DNA of 63,349 nucleotides, the filler included, from Anaerolineae bacterium (GTDB taxonomy: Bacteria; Chloroflexota; Anaerolineae; Epilineales; Epilineaceae): NCBI GenBank assembly GCA_029262755.1. It is 5 parts of 5 records of this genome, joined end to end, with 100 filler letters (N's around TTAATTAATTAA, not from the genome) between each part and the next. Parts side by side here need not be neighbours in the genome. Positions count along the whole stretch, not along the records: positions 6,569 to 19,822 come from JAJCYU010000101.1; positions 19,923 to 27,924 come from JAJCYU010000102.1; 3 more parts are not named here. One strand, given 5' to 3'. Positions 9,190 through 19,923 of this stretch are shown piece by piece. A program made the translations under genes and the position numbers. Numbering within the stretch: position 1 is the first letter of the stretch; each line of letters begins with the position of its first letter. The notes beneath the pieces were generated by a model. It worked only from the letters and a program-made list of their open reading frames with translations. It was not told the origin of the DNA and did not search any database.

Positions 9190-9905
9190 AGCCTCCGGAT
9201 CCGCCGTCCTGCTCGGTCACCGGGCGTCGCCAACGTCGGACGGCTGCCCTGAGCCGCGAGCCACGCGGCGAGCGTCCGCATCCCCATCGGCTCGAGCCTC
9301 TGCCGCATGCGCGCGAAAATGCCCCAGGTAACCGCGACATCAGCCGCCGCACGGTGCAGCCTTCCGGTGGGCACGCCGAGCTCGCGCGCGACCTCGCCGA
9401 GCTTGTTGCTACGGAAGCGGTACCAGCGACGGGCGAGCAGCAACGTGTCGATGGCGGGCGTCGCGGCCGGTTCGTGGCCGGCGCCGAGCAACTCGTGGCG
9501 CAAGAAGCCGAGGTCGAAGGGTGCGTTGTGGGCGATGATGACCGCACCATGGAGTTGGCGAAGCAGCGCGGGCGCGACGGCCTCGAAGGGCGGCGCGTCG
9601 GCCAACTCCTCGTTTGTAAGGCCGTTCACGCGGGCGGCGTTCGGCGCGAGTGGGCAGCCTGGTGCGATCAGGGTCGACCACGGTTCCGGCGACGGTCCGG
9701 GATCGCCGCCGGGCGGCACCCGCAGTACGGCAATCTCGCACACGCGGCCCATCGGCCCTGGACGCAGGTCCGTGGTCTCGACATCGACGACGGCCAGCGG
9801 CAGCGAGGCAAGCGTAGCGGTCGAGTCCGGGACGCTCGCATCGCGCTCTGGCCGGATCGGGCGGCCGTTGCCCGCGGGCTGTGTGGCGAATAATTGGTTG
9901 CTCAT
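9186..9905 (-). CDS. DEDDh 3'-5' exonuclease (DnaQ/Pol III epsilon-like)
   Basis: VVDVETT, AHNAPFD and LHRAAADV motifs. ATG 9905 lies 6 nt downstream of TACACT. Confidence 0.9.
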   Translation of the reverse strand: MSNQLFATQPAGNGRPIRPERDASVPDSTATLASLPLAVVDVETTDLRPGPMGRVCEIAVLRVPPGGDPGPSPEPWSTLIAPGCPLAPNAARVNGLTNEELADAPPFEAVAPALLRQLHGAVIIAHNAPFDLGFLRHELLGAGHEPAATPAIDTLLLARRWYRFRSNKLGEVARELGVPTGRLHRAAADVAVTWGIFARMRQRLEPMGMRTLAAWLAAQGSRPTLATPGDRAGRRIRRL

Positions 9906-9936
9906 GCCGTTAGTGTAGCGCCCAAGGCGTATCTCG

Positions 9937-12390
9937 CTAGCGTTCGAGTGCGGGGGAGCGCGCTTCCGGTGGAGAGACGGTGCGTTCGACCGAGAGAATG
10001 ACCGTGCCATCGAGGACGCCAGCGCGCCGCGCGACCCATGGCAAGGTGATCTGAGCGCGCACCTCAAATCGCGGGGAAGGGTGGAATGGCCACACGCCTC
10101 CTTCCAGCGCGATGGGGAGATGGATCCGTACCGAACCGCGCACCGGGGTTGGGCGCGCCGTGGTCGCTTCGGTGGCCGTTGGAGAGGGGCCGAGCGTCGG
10201 GGTGCTCTCGATGGGCGGCGTCGCGCTCGCCGGTTGCAACGTCTCGCCTGGGCGCGGCGTGTTTGTCGGCGTCGGGGTGAAGGTGGGCGTTCGCGGGCCG
10301 CTGAAGGTAGGAAGTGGAGTCGGGGTTATCGTCGCGGTCGGGCGCCGTGTCGCGGTGGGCAGCGGCGTGGGCGACGGTCCGTCGGTGGGCACCGGCGTGA
10401 ACGTGGGGCTCGGGGTGCGCGTCGGTGTGAGGGTGATCGTGGGCGTCGTGCTTGCCGTAAACGTCGCGCTTGCCGTCGGGGTTGTGCTTGGCGTGGGTGA
10501 CGGGCCGTCGGTCGGGATTGGCGTGTCGGTGAGAGTCGGCGTTGGTTCCGGTGTGAGGGTCGGGCTGAGCGTTGGCGAAGGGGTGGGTGATACGGTCGAG
10601 GTCGGCGACGGCCCTGAGGTCGGCGGGCTCGTTTCGGTCGGCGAGGCGCTCGGCGATGGCGTTGATGTCGCGGTGGACGTCGGGGGGACCGCCGTAGGGG
10701 AGGGCGTGCGCGTCGCGGTGGGCGAGGGACCCGGCGTCGGCGTTCGGGTTACGGTCGGCGTCGGGGTGCGCGTCGGTGTCATGGTGGCCGTGGCCGTGGG
10801 CGTGGGGATCGAGGTTGCGGTCCGGGTCGGCGAGGGGCCGGGCGAGGGTGTGCCTGTGACGGTGGGCGTCTGTGTGTGCGTGGGTGTGGGGCTCGCCGTG
10901 GGTGTTCGGGTTGCGGTCGGCGAGGCTGTGGCGCTGGGAGGTAGGGTGGGCGTGCGCGTAGAGGTCGCCGTTGCGGTCGGCAGCGCGGTCGGCGTTCGCG
11001 TCGGCGTCCGTGTCGCGGTCGCGCTCGGGGTGAGCGAGGGAGTCGACGTGTTCGTTGGCGTTCGGGATGCAGTCGCCGTGGCCGTCGGGGGCAGGGTCGC
11101 GGTGGCAGCATCCTCGTTGCGCCAGACGCGGTCGAATTGGCCGAGGTTGGCGACGAAGGCATCGAGGTCCGTGTCACCGTCAAGGTCGCCAAACGCAACA
11201 CCGACGCCCGCGTGTTGGCCCAGCCGTTGGCCGGAGTCGGAGAAGCCGGCATCGCCGTCGTTGAACCACAGGGTGTCGGCCTGGCCTAGCCGCGTGAGAA
11301 ACACGTCCGGATCGGCGTCGCCGTCCACGTCGCCGATGGCGACGTCACGCGGGAACCCGTCGCCGAGACGCTGGCCGGAGTCGGTAAATCGGCCGGCTCC
11401 GTCGCCGAGCCAGACCTGGCCCGCGCCCGGTGTCGGCGTGCCCGCGGGATTGCCGAGATTGGTTAGAAATGCGTCCAAGACGCCGTCGTCGTCCAGGTCC
11501 GCCAAGACGATCGCGCTGATGGGGGGAGCGCTCAGCCGCCGACCGGTGTCGAAGAAGCGGCCCGTGCTGTCGTTGCGCCATACCTCCGCGGCCGCGTCCG
11601 CGCGACCAAGGACCAGATCGAGATCGCCGTCGCCGTCCACGTCGCCCAACGCGACCGCCAACGTATCGGACGCGCCGAGCCGCTGTCCGGAGTCAACGAA
11701 GGTGCCGGTGCCGTCGTTGAGCCACACGCGATCGGGCTGGCCAGGGGGCGCGGCGCCGGGATTCGCGGCATGACCCACCACCGCGTCGAGATCGCCGTCA
11801 CCGTCGACGTCGGCCAGCGCGACGTCGGTAGAGGGGGCCGGCCCGAGCCGCTGTCCGGTGTCGATCAGCCGGCCGCTGCCGTCGTTGCGCCACACCGTGT
11901 CCGGGTCCGGCGTCACCGAGCCGGTTGCCGGGCTGAAAAGGCCGAGGTTGGCCACGAAGGCGTCGAGGTCGCCGTCGCCGTCGAGGTCGCCCAGCGCAAC
12001 GGCGGACCCGTGCTCGGCGCCCAAGCGTTGTCCGCTGTCGACGAAGGATCCGCCGTCGTTGCGCCAGAGGCGGTCCGGTTGGCCGACCTGCATGCCGCCG
12101 GGTCCGAAGACGGAGCGATTGACCACAAAGGCGTCGAGGTCGCCGTCCCCATCCATATCGCCCAGCGCCACATCGAGGCTTTGCGTGGGGCCCAAGAGCG
12201 TGCCGGAATCGACGAAGAGGCCGGCTCCGAGCATCGAAGGCGCCGCGCCCGAACGTTGTGGGAGCTCGATGGTCGAGCCAAGCCACCCGCACAGCAGGAA
12301 AACGACGCTCAGCCCAACGCCCGCGCGGCGGGCGCCCTTCGGGGCGGCCCGCAGCACGTTCACGTTGTTGGTCGATCGGGAGGGGAACAT
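9937..12390 (-). CDS. Secreted FG-GAP/VCBS-repeat beta-propeller protein with long Thr/Pro stalk
   Basis: Seven repeats like [17 protein letters not shown]...VWRNDG.G.F.DSGQRLG, then a long T/P-rich region, then RIHLPIAL and ITLPWV motifs. Confidence 0.88.
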   Translation of the reverse strand: MFPSRSTNNVNVLRAAPKGARRAGVGLSVVFLLCGWLGSTIELPQRSGAAPSMLGAGLFVDSGTLLGPTQSLDVALGDMDGDGDLDAFVVNRSVFGPGGMQVGQPDRLWRNDGGSFVDSGQRLGAEHGSAVALGDLDGDGDLDAFVANLGLFSPATGSVTPDPDTVWRNDGSGRLIDTGQRLGPAPSTDVALADVDGDGDLDAVVGHAANPGAAPPGQPDRVWLNDGTGTFVDSGQRLGASDTLAVALGDVDGDGDLDLVLGRADAAAEVWRNDSTGRFFDTGRRLSAPPISAIVLADLDDDGVLDAFLTNLGNPAGTPTPGAGQVWLGDGAGRFTDSGQRLGDGFPRDVAIGDVDGDADPDVFLTRLGQADTLWFNDGDAGFSDSGQRLGQHAGVGVAFGDLDGDTDLDAFVANLGQFDRVWRNEDAATATLPPTATATASRTPTNTSTPSLTPSATATRTPTRTPTALPTATATSTRTPTLPPSATASPTATRTPTASPTPTHTQTPTVTGTPSPGPSPTRTATSIPTPTATATMTPTRTPTPTVTRTPTPGPSPTATRTPSPTAVPPTSTATSTPSPSASPTETSPPTSGPSPTSTVSPTPSPTLSPTLTPEPTPTLTDTPIPTDGPSPTPSTTPTASATFTASTTPTITLTPTRTPSPTFTPVPTDGPSPTPLPTATRRPTATITPTPLPTFSGPRTPTFTPTPTNTPRPGETLQPASATPPIESTPTLGPSPTATEATTARPTPVRGSVRIHLPIALEGGVWPFHPSPRFEVRAQITLPWVARRAGVLDGTVILSVERTVSPPEARSPALER

Positions 12391-12475
12391 AGGGCGCCGT
12401 GCCGGCCTCGGCGGGGCATCGCGTGGCGATGTCGCGCGGGCCTCGCGATGCCTCGGAACAAGAACCTGGCTTCGG

Positions 12476-13882
12476 CTACTCCACCGGCACGCGGCCGACA
12501 CGCACGGCGGCACGATACGCGAGCCGGAAGCGCGCGAAGGCGTCCTTGTACTCGCCCGCATCGAGGTGCGCGATTGCCGCATCATATTCGGCCTCGGCGT
12601 TGCGCACATCGTAGCCTGCGCCCGAAGGGCCGTTCATGTCGATGGTATCCCGCACGATGAAGCGAACGCTCAAATCGTCCTCGGCGTCCAGAAATCCACC
12701 TTCCGAGGCAGGTAGCTGGAAGAGCGCGACCCGTTGGTCGCCTTCAAGCAGCAATGCGTTCTCGATGGCCACGCGCAGCTCCCAGAGACGATGGAAGTCA
12801 TGGCTCTTCTGCGTGGCCCGCGTGCTGACCTGCACATCGAGGTAGGCGTGCAAGATGCTGCGGTGGAATCCCTGCTCGCAGGAACCGTTCAGGTTGTATG
12901 CGAACTCCACCGAATCGGCGACGATCTGCAGGGCGGTGGTGGCCACGGAGCACGCGATCTTCAAGGGGTTCGGGATCTCGGCGCCCGTGACGGGAAAGAC
13001 GTCACCGTCGAAATAGGAGCACACGGCACTCGCGGTAAAGGCGACGGTCTGCAGTGCGAAGACGGTGGCAATGCCACCAGCCGGGGAGGGCGGGCAGCCG
13101 GCGCAAGTGGAATTCTCGGCGAAATCCGCGCAGTTATCCCACTGATCGACCGCGGAGCTCGGCACCGCCGGGAGCGGGTTCGGAGCAACGACGGCTTGCA
13201 TGATCGCATCCGTCACGGCCAATTCCGGCAGTAAGGCCGCACCGCGCTGCGGGGCGGGTCCCTCACTGGATCCGGCCCGCGGGATTGCCTGCGTCTGCGC
13301 CTCGAGTTGCGCGAGGGCCGGCCCGCCCTGCACCAATTCCAGGGCCAACTCCGGGGCATCCCACATACCGGGGAAGGGCCGGAAGGCCTCGTCGATGGCG
13401 AAGAGCTCTTCCGCGCTCATCTGGGCCAACGCGGCTTGGGCGGCCTCCAAGCGCTCCATGGCGTCCAGGCGGTCGGCCGAGCGCACGGTGTCCAGCAGCG
13501 AGCCGATATCGCTGTAGTAGGCGTCGAGCTGCTCACGAAGTGCTTCGAGGTCCTGGGAGGTCGAGGCCGTTCCCGCGGTCGTGTCGGCCACAATACGGTC
13601 CGCGAGCAGTGGCTGCACATGATCGGCCCACAATTGCTCCGGCGCGCGGGTCCGCAGGTACATGCGGGTCTGGGAGGCCTGGACGACGGAGATGTCGTCG
13701 TCCGCTAGAAAATCGGGCAGGTAGGATGGGCCGACGTGCTCCGCGGAGGCGATGGTGGCCCCCTCGTCCTGCGTGTCACCGTGCATCGCCGGCGCGGCCT
13801 GCGCAGACGCCGCGGCGAATGCGAGGGACATCACGGCCGCCGTACTCGCCGGCCCCAGGTGCTGCCATCGTCGCGAGCTCAT
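12476..13882 (-). CDS. Secreted hypothetical protein, paralogue C of tandem trio
   Basis: ATGA overlap with paralogue B stop; signal peptide ending ASAQA; shares CAGCP, FALQ, IPNP, G.HR, AIEN, FQLP and AYR motifs with A and B. Confidence 0.8.
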   Translation of the reverse strand: MSSRRWQHLGPASTAAVMSLAFAAASAQAAPAMHGDTQDEGATIASAEHVGPSYLPDFLADDDISVVQASQTRMYLRTRAPEQLWADHVQPLLADRIVADTTAGTASTSQDLEALREQLDAYYSDIGSLLDTVRSADRLDAMERLEAAQAALAQMSAEELFAIDEAFRPFPGMWDAPELALELVQGGPALAQLEAQTQAIPRAGSSEGPAPQRGAALLPELAVTDAIMQAVVAPNPLPAVPSSAVDQWDNCADFAENSTCAGCPPSPAGGIATVFALQTVAFTASAVCSYFDGDVFPVTGAEIPNPLKIACSVATTALQIVADSVEFAYNLNGSCEQGFHRSILHAYLDVQVSTRATQKSHDFHRLWELRVAIENALLLEGDQRVALFQLPASEGGFLDAEDDLSVRFIVRDTIDMNGPSGAGYDVRNAEAEYDAAIAHLDAGEYKDAFARFRLAYRAAVRVGRVPVE

Positions 13883-15330
13883 CGTTGCTCCTTCTGCACC
13901 GTCTTGCGATAGGCGCGGCTGTAGCGTTGGTATGCCGAGCGCCACTCACCATCGGCGTAGTGGGAATCGCCGGCGGCGATCTCGGCTAGGGCGCCGTTGA
14001 CATCCGTAAGCATGTCCGAACGGATGCTGGCGCGCACCGACTGGTCGGTAATCAAGCGAGCGAGCTCGAGCTGTCCGCAGAAGCGGAAGCCCTCGTAGCC
14101 CGTCATCGTGGTCGTGTCATCCGGAACTTCATCGCTGCAATGCGATCCGGGCAGCTGGAAGATCGCGACGTGATCGTCCGGTTCTTTCAGCAGATCGTTC
14201 TCGATCGCGATGCGCATCTGCAGCGCTGCGTGCGCATCGAGGCTCGCCTGTGTCACACGAGAGGATATCGTGGCATCGAGGAACAGGTTCTCCAGCCCGC
14301 GATGCAGGCCCTCGACGCAGTTGTCCGCCAACGCGTTGTTGAACTGCATGGCGTTGATCGTGAAGCCCAAGGCCACGCGGATGCTGTTGGCGACGTAGTA
14401 GGCGATGTTCGGAACCGGTGCCGGGATGCACGCCGGCGCGATCACGACCTCGGTGTCCGGATCGATGGAGGCGGTGACGGCGTCGGTGATCGTCAACGCC
14501 TGTTGGAGCGCAAAGATGACAGCCGACGGAATGAAGATCGGACAGCCGCTGCAGTTGACAGAGCCAAAGCTACCCGGGCAGCCGGGACGGTCGTCCGGCG
14601 CCGGGGGTAGATCGCCCCGGGGCGGGAACTCCGGCATGACAGGGTACGGGGCCACGGCCGTGGCGTTGGGCGTCGGTACGGCGAGGATGCCCGCGGCGAG
14701 TTGCGGTAGCGCGCGCGTTTCGTTCTCGTCGAAGCCGCGCATCAGCGCCGCCGCTTCGCCGTCGATCGCGCCGCGCGCCTGCCAGTCGCCAAGCTGCGCG
14801 TGGAACCAGGGCGGCGCCGCGACGCCGGGATCTTCCATGGATTGGAGTAGACCCGGCAGCTGCCAGAATCCGGGATGATCGCCCAGGAGCGCGTCGAGGA
14901 GCAGCCATTCTTCCGGACGCACCTCTTCCAGACGTGACTCTACTTCTTCGAGGTAGCCATCGGGCTGCGGCAACGTGGTTTCGGTAAGCGCAGGGAACAC
15001 GATCTGCATGTCGTTGATCCACTGCGTCAGCCGTTGCTCCATGTCCGCGGCATCCGCCTTCTGCACGGCGTTCAGGCTTGCGCCTTCTGCATCGAAAGTC
15101 AGCGAGCGAAGGGTGTCCTGAGGCAGGCCCGTCAACGCGGAAAGGCTGACGAGCGTGGGGTCCTGCGCGAGTTCGGCGGCGTCGTCCTGCGCGTAGACGG
15201 ATACGGACGATGTCAGCGCCGCCGCGAACAACGCGACGCCGAAGCCGGCGGCAATGCGCCTTCTCACGGGGCCCGTGAAACGAGAGCGCACGATGGCGCG
15301 CACCTTTGCGCGAAACGTGGGGCGGGTCAT
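13879..15330 (-). CDS. Secreted hypothetical protein, paralogue B of tandem trio
   Basis: ATGA overlap with paralogue A stop; signal peptide ending VYA-QD; long near-identical blocks with A (e.g. NLFLDATISSRVTQ, EGFRFCG). Confidence 0.82.
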   Translation of the reverse strand: MTRPTFRAKVRAIVRSRFTGPVRRRIAAGFGVALFAAALTSSVSVYAQDDAAELAQDPTLVSLSALTGLPQDTLRSLTFDAEGASLNAVQKADAADMEQRLTQWINDMQIVFPALTETTLPQPDGYLEEVESRLEEVRPEEWLLLDALLGDHPGFWQLPGLLQSMEDPGVAAPPWFHAQLGDWQARGAIDGEAAALMRGFDENETRALPQLAAGILAVPTPNATAVAPYPVMPEFPPRGDLPPAPDDRPGCPGSFGSVNCSGCPIFIPSAVIFALQQALTITDAVTASIDPDTEVVIAPACIPAPVPNIAYYVANSIRVALGFTINAMQFNNALADNCVEGLHRGLENLFLDATISSRVTQASLDAHAALQMRIAIENDLLKEPDDHVAIFQLPGSHCSDEVPDDTTTMTGYEGFRFCGQLELARLITDQSVRASIRSDMLTDVNGALAEIAAGDSHYADGEWRSAYQRYSRAYRKTVQKEQR

Positions 15331-16853
15331 CGTTGCACGTCCGGTCGGGCTGCCGCTCGGTAGGCTTGGCTGTAGCGTTCGTAGGCGGCGCGCCATCGAC
15401 CGTCCATGTAGTGCTGGTCGCCGGCGGCCAGCTCCGCCAGGGCGCCGTTGACATCCGTGCGGCCCTCGATGGTTGCGCTCTGCCGTATCCGGTCTGCAAC
15501 GACCTTCCGGGTGAACTCCAGCTTGCCGCAGAAGCGGAAGCCCTCAAAGCCGGTCATGAGCGGCGTGTCATCCGGTACCTCGTCGCCGCACATCGAGCCC
15601 GGAAGCTGGAAGAGCGAGACGCGGTCATCCCGCTGCTCGAGCAGGTTTTCTTCGATCGCGAGCACCATGCGCATCTCGGCATGGCGGTCGAGACTCGATT
15701 GCGTCACCCGGGATGAGATGGTGGCGTCGAGGAAGAGGTTCTGTAGCGCCCGGTGAAGGCCCTCCTGGCAGTTGGATGCCAGCGCGTTCTGGAAGTTGAG
15801 GGCACGCACCGTGTACTGCAGACCGAGCCGAATGCTGTGCAGCACGTAGAAGACAGGGTTGGGCAGCGTCAGGCACACGCACGCTACCACCAACGTCACA
15901 CACAGGTCGGTGTCGGGATCGGCCGGATCGACGGGCAGCAGCTGCTTGTTCTCACGGCTCAGCTTCTGGAGCGTGGCGTTACCCGACGCGCTACCGATTC
16001 CGGCGAGCGTCGCGCGCGTTCCGCCCATCAACGTGATGGCCTGTCGCAGTGCGAAGATCGCAGCGGAGGGCACGCTGGCTGGACAACCGGCGCAATCTCC
16101 CCCGCCGAAGGAGCCCGGACAGCCCGCACGATCGTCCGGTGCCGAGGGAAGATCCCCACGGGGCGGAAACTCGGGCATGGTCGGGAAAGGCACGGTTGCG
16201 GTTGCATTCGGTGTCGGCACCGCGGCCTGCTGCAAGGAAAAGAGTGCCGCGGCCTCGTCGGAGCCCGGCAGGACGTCGGCGGGCCATTCGGCGATAGCGC
16301 GCGCAAACAGCGGCGGCGTCGGCTGTGAGGGATCGCGCACGGACTCGATGAACGCGGGGATCTCCCAGAAGACGGGATCCTCGCTCAGCTGCGCATCGAG
16401 CATCGTGATCTCGTAGGGGGTCAACGCGGTGACGCGTTCCCGCAACGTGTCGTAGTAGCCCTCGGAGCCGGGATCGACGAACTCGTCCAAGTTGGGAACG
16501 GCGCGCTCAAAGTCGTTCGTCCACGCCAACAGCTTCGCGCGGACCGCCTCCGCATCCGCCGCATCGACCGATTGGACGGCCATCGCGGTTGCAGCATCGG
16601 ATGTGCCGGTCCCGGAGGCATGAAGGTCGGCCCGGATGCCCAAGAGGTCGCTCAGCGAGAGACCGGGCAAATCGGCGTCTTGGCCGGCCGTGCCGGATCC
16701 CGTGCGCGCGGTTGGGCTCGGATCGGCCGCCGAGGCTCCCGCGGCCACGCTCAGCGCAGCTACGACAGCCAGTACCGCGCTCACGATGCCACGGATGGCG
16801 TTGGAGCGGCCTATGTGCATCGTGCGCTTGGCCGTCGGGGCGACATGTCGCAT
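15327..16853 (-). CDS. Secreted hypothetical protein, paralogue A of tandem trio
   Basis: Signal peptide (VLAVVAALSVAAGASA); Cys-rich core. Start at 16853 or 16820. Confidence 0.8.
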   Translation of the reverse strand: MRHVAPTAKRTMHIGRSNAIRGIVSAVLAVVAALSVAAGASAADPSPTARTGSGTAGQDADLPGLSLSDLLGIRADLHASGTGTSDAATAMAVQSVDAADAEAVRAKLLAWTNDFERAVPNLDEFVDPGSEGYYDTLRERVTALTPYEITMLDAQLSEDPVFWEIPAFIESVRDPSQPTPPLFARAIAEWPADVLPGSDEAAALFSLQQAAVPTPNATATVPFPTMPEFPPRGDLPSAPDDRAGCPGSFGGGDCAGCPASVPSAAIFALRQAITLMGGTRATLAGIGSASGNATLQKLSRENKQLLPVDPADPDTDLCVTLVVACVCLTLPNPVFYVLHSIRLGLQYTVRALNFQNALASNCQEGLHRALQNLFLDATISSRVTQSSLDRHAEMRMVLAIEENLLEQRDDRVSLFQLPGSMCGDEVPDDTPLMTGFEGFRFCGKLEFTRKVVADRIRQSATIEGRTDVNGALAELAAGDQHYMDGRWRAAYERYSQAYRAAARPDVQR

Positions 16854-16966
16854 AGGAATCCATTCGCGGAGTGGTTTGAGCGGCGCGCAATCCACATCGT
16901 TCACGCGTGGCCGGACGAAACACGAACACGCAGTACAAGATAACGCAGTGTAGGGCCGCAACGATA

Positions 16967-16988
16967 CGGGACGCTCACGAGCGTCCCG
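16967..16988. promoter_or_regulatory. Perfect 10-bp inverted repeat in divergent intergenic region (operator candidate)
   Basis: CGGGACGCTC-AC-GAGCGTCCCG. Confidence 0.45.
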
Positions 16989-17307
16989 CTATCAACGAGC
17001 TACTGCGACGAACCGGGCTTCGCACGGAGCGCCACCTACAAGAACGAATTCCGGAGGCGAAACGATACGCGCTCCTCGCGACGAATGTGAATGCACCGTG
17101 AGTCGCCAGGACCCGTATCTTGGCGACGCCTCATACCGTTCTAATCACGGGGGCGCACACCGCGCCTCTCTCTTGCCGTACATCGAGTCCGGATTTCGGA
17201 ATTCGACCAAAATTCTTGATCCACCGAGACGTCCGCCTCGCGACGTCGTTCGTATCAAATGGAGCGCCGCCGCCGCGGCGTTTCGCCCCGCGCCAGGAGT
17301 CTGACGC

Positions 17308-19822
17308 ATGCGCCCTGCCATCTCGGGCCTCACGCTTACCCGCGCCCTTCTAGGGCTTCTCTTTCTCGCGATCTTCACGCTCGGAACTTCGGTTTCCGCG
17401 GCGCCGCGCGATGGATTGGCGGATGACGTCGGGGGGAGTGCGTCGCAATCCGAACGGCCGCAACTCCAACCGGGGGAAGTGGGATCGGCCCCGGATTCGA
17501 ATCAAGACGGTGCGCGCGACGGCGGCGTGCGCACGGCGGGTACGGCGGGCGTGGATGCGATTCTGCCCATGTCGGAGGGATTCGAGGCCGGCCTCGGCGA
17601 CTGGGTCGTTTCGCCGATGGGCGTGGACGTGCTCCAGGCGAGCGACCTCGATCGCTTCGCCGTGGGCGACAACAACGATCCGGAGCCCACGGAGGGCGAT
17701 CGCTTCGTCCTGCTGTGCAACGGCCCGGAGGCTCGCGGCAACGCGAACCCCACGGACTCGGGCGTCAACATCGACGGCGACGCGGACAACAATTCCGACA
17801 ACGACGTAGCGTTCATCCGTCAAACCTTCACCTTGGCGCCGCACGAGGTGCCCGCCACGCTCAGCTTCGACTGGAACTTTCTGACCGCGGAGAGCGACGG
17901 CACGGTCATCCCCGATCCCTTCGACGACATCTTCCATGTCACCTTGCAGCCGGGCCAGCCACCCATCCTCGCCGGAAGCGTCCCCGGCGGCGGCCCGTCG
18001 CCCTATCCGAACACGCCGGTGGACGGCGTCGAGATCGAGGTCACGGGCGGCAGCCTGACGCGCGGCTGCAACTTCGAGTGGGGCCAGAGCGGCTTCCGTA
18101 CCTTCCAGCGGCTCATGACCGCGCCGGGCACCTACACGCTTGAGTTCCTCGTGGCCGATCAGGGCACGGACGACTTCTTCATCGACTCCGGTCTGCTAAT
18201 CGACAATATTCAGATCACACCCGAGGTCGACATGGTGGTCACGAAGGCCGCCAACCCGAACCCGGCCATCGCCGGCGACGCGCTCTTCTACGAGATCACC
18301 GTGCGCAACGACGGCAGCGGCCGCGCGACGGCGGTGGTCGTCACGGACACGTTGCCCGCGGGCGTGACCTACATCGCCGCGGATGCCCCGCCCACGGATG
18401 ACGGCATGGGCGGCCCCGTCGTGGATCCCGCCTGCGCCGAGACGGCGCCCGGCAGCGGCATCGTCGTGTGCCAACTCGGCACCTTCACCGGTGGTGAGCA
18501 GAAGGTCTTCCGGATCCAGGTCGAGATCGACCCGGAGGCGGTGGCCAACGGTGCAGAGACGCTGACCAATTCGGTCGTGGTCGACAGCTTCCAGCTCGAT
18601 AGCAACGACGCCAACAACACCTTCCAGCTCGTCACCTTCTTGGACGACCTGGCCGATCTGGCCGTGTGGAAGGTCAGCAAGCCGGACGACAGCGTCCGCG
18701 CCGGTGAGATCTATACGTATACGATCCTGGTCGAGAACCTCGGCCCAAGCACGGCGCGCGAGGTGGTCATCAGCGACACGCTGCTCTCCAACGGCGCCTT
18801 CACGCTCGTCGCGCTGCTGGACGATCCGGCCCGGGCAGGCGACGTATGCACTACGGTGCCCGCGCCCGCGCCGCAGTCGGGCCAGATCATCAACTGCATG
18901 CTCAACGAGACGCTCGAGCCGGTCGGCAGCGGCTTGGGTAGTGGGCGTTGGACGATTCAGGTGGAGGCGACCGCCTCCGAGACGCAAGACGTCAACAACG
19001 AGGTCCGCGTCTTTACCGTCGACGATCCCACGACCGGTACGCCCGGCACGCCGGATCCCGATCTCTCGAACAACCTTGCCGTAGACCGCATCTCGATCCT
19101 GGACACGAGCGACCTGCTCCTGACCAAGGTCGGATTCGGCGAGGTCCAGGACGCGGCGGCCTGCGGCGTGTTCACCGTCGAGCCCGATGCGGTAACGGCC
19201 GGCAGGCTCGTTACGTGGACGTTGCAGGTTACCAACCAACTCGTGGCGCTCGGCGTTCCGGGCGGCAGCACGGCCACGGATGTCACTATCGAGGACTTCG
19301 TGCCCGTGGGCGTAGAGATCGTGTCCGTGACGCCGACGCAGGGCGCTTGTACACCCGGCACCCCCGGCTCCGTGATGGATCCCACGCGCTGCAACCTCGG
19401 CGTGCTCGTGCCCGGCGGGCAAGCGGCCATGCAGATCGGCGCACTCGTCGATCCCGACTACGTCGGCCTTTCCGACACGAACCAGCTCATCAACAGCGCC
19501 CACACCTTCAGCAACGAGATCGACCCCGACCTGTCGGACAACCTCGTCAACCAGACGACGCTGGTCAACGACGTAGCCGATATTGCGGTCACCAAGACCG
19601 CGACGCCGAACCCCGTGGTGGCCGGCACCGCGCTCTCCTACGAGATCGTGGTGACCAACGCCGGCCCGTCCACGGCGCGCAACGTCCTGGTGCGCGACCA
19701 GCTGCCGCCGGAGGTGAACTTCCACTCGGCCCGCATCGAGCAGATGGCGGGTCGCGAGAACTGCACCTATAGCGCCGGCGCCCACGAGGTCATCTGCTCT
19801 CTGCTCGATGTACCCGTCGGCG
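17308..19822 (+). CDS. Large secreted surface protein with DUF11-type Ig-like repeats, 3' truncated
   Basis: AGGAG RBS, signal peptide, N-terminal jelly-roll-like domain (SFDWNF...SGLLIDNI). Repeats of D..VTK....P..AG..L.Y.I.V.N.GPS.A..V...D.LP...DPDLSNN. Confidence 0.88.
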
Positions 19823-19922
19823 NNNNNNNNNNNNNNNNNNNNNNNNNNNNNNNNNNNNNNNNNNNNTTAATTAATTAANNNNNNNNNNNNNNNNNNNNNN
19901 NNNNNNNNNNNNNNNNNNNNNN
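19823..19922. other. Artificial contig spacer
   Basis: N-run/TTAATTAATTAA/N-run. Confidence 0.98.
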
Positions 19923-19923
19923 G

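Noticed and set aside
9186..9905. DEDDh exonuclease as part of a defence or CRISPR module
   Set aside because: No defence-associated neighbours; consistent with a stand-alone DnaQ-like gene.
10112..11773. Long Val/Gly-rich ORFs (also 19875-20780, 35902-37161, 38348-39031, 50681-51343)
   Set aside because: Antisense shadows of Thr/Pro-rich coding regions.
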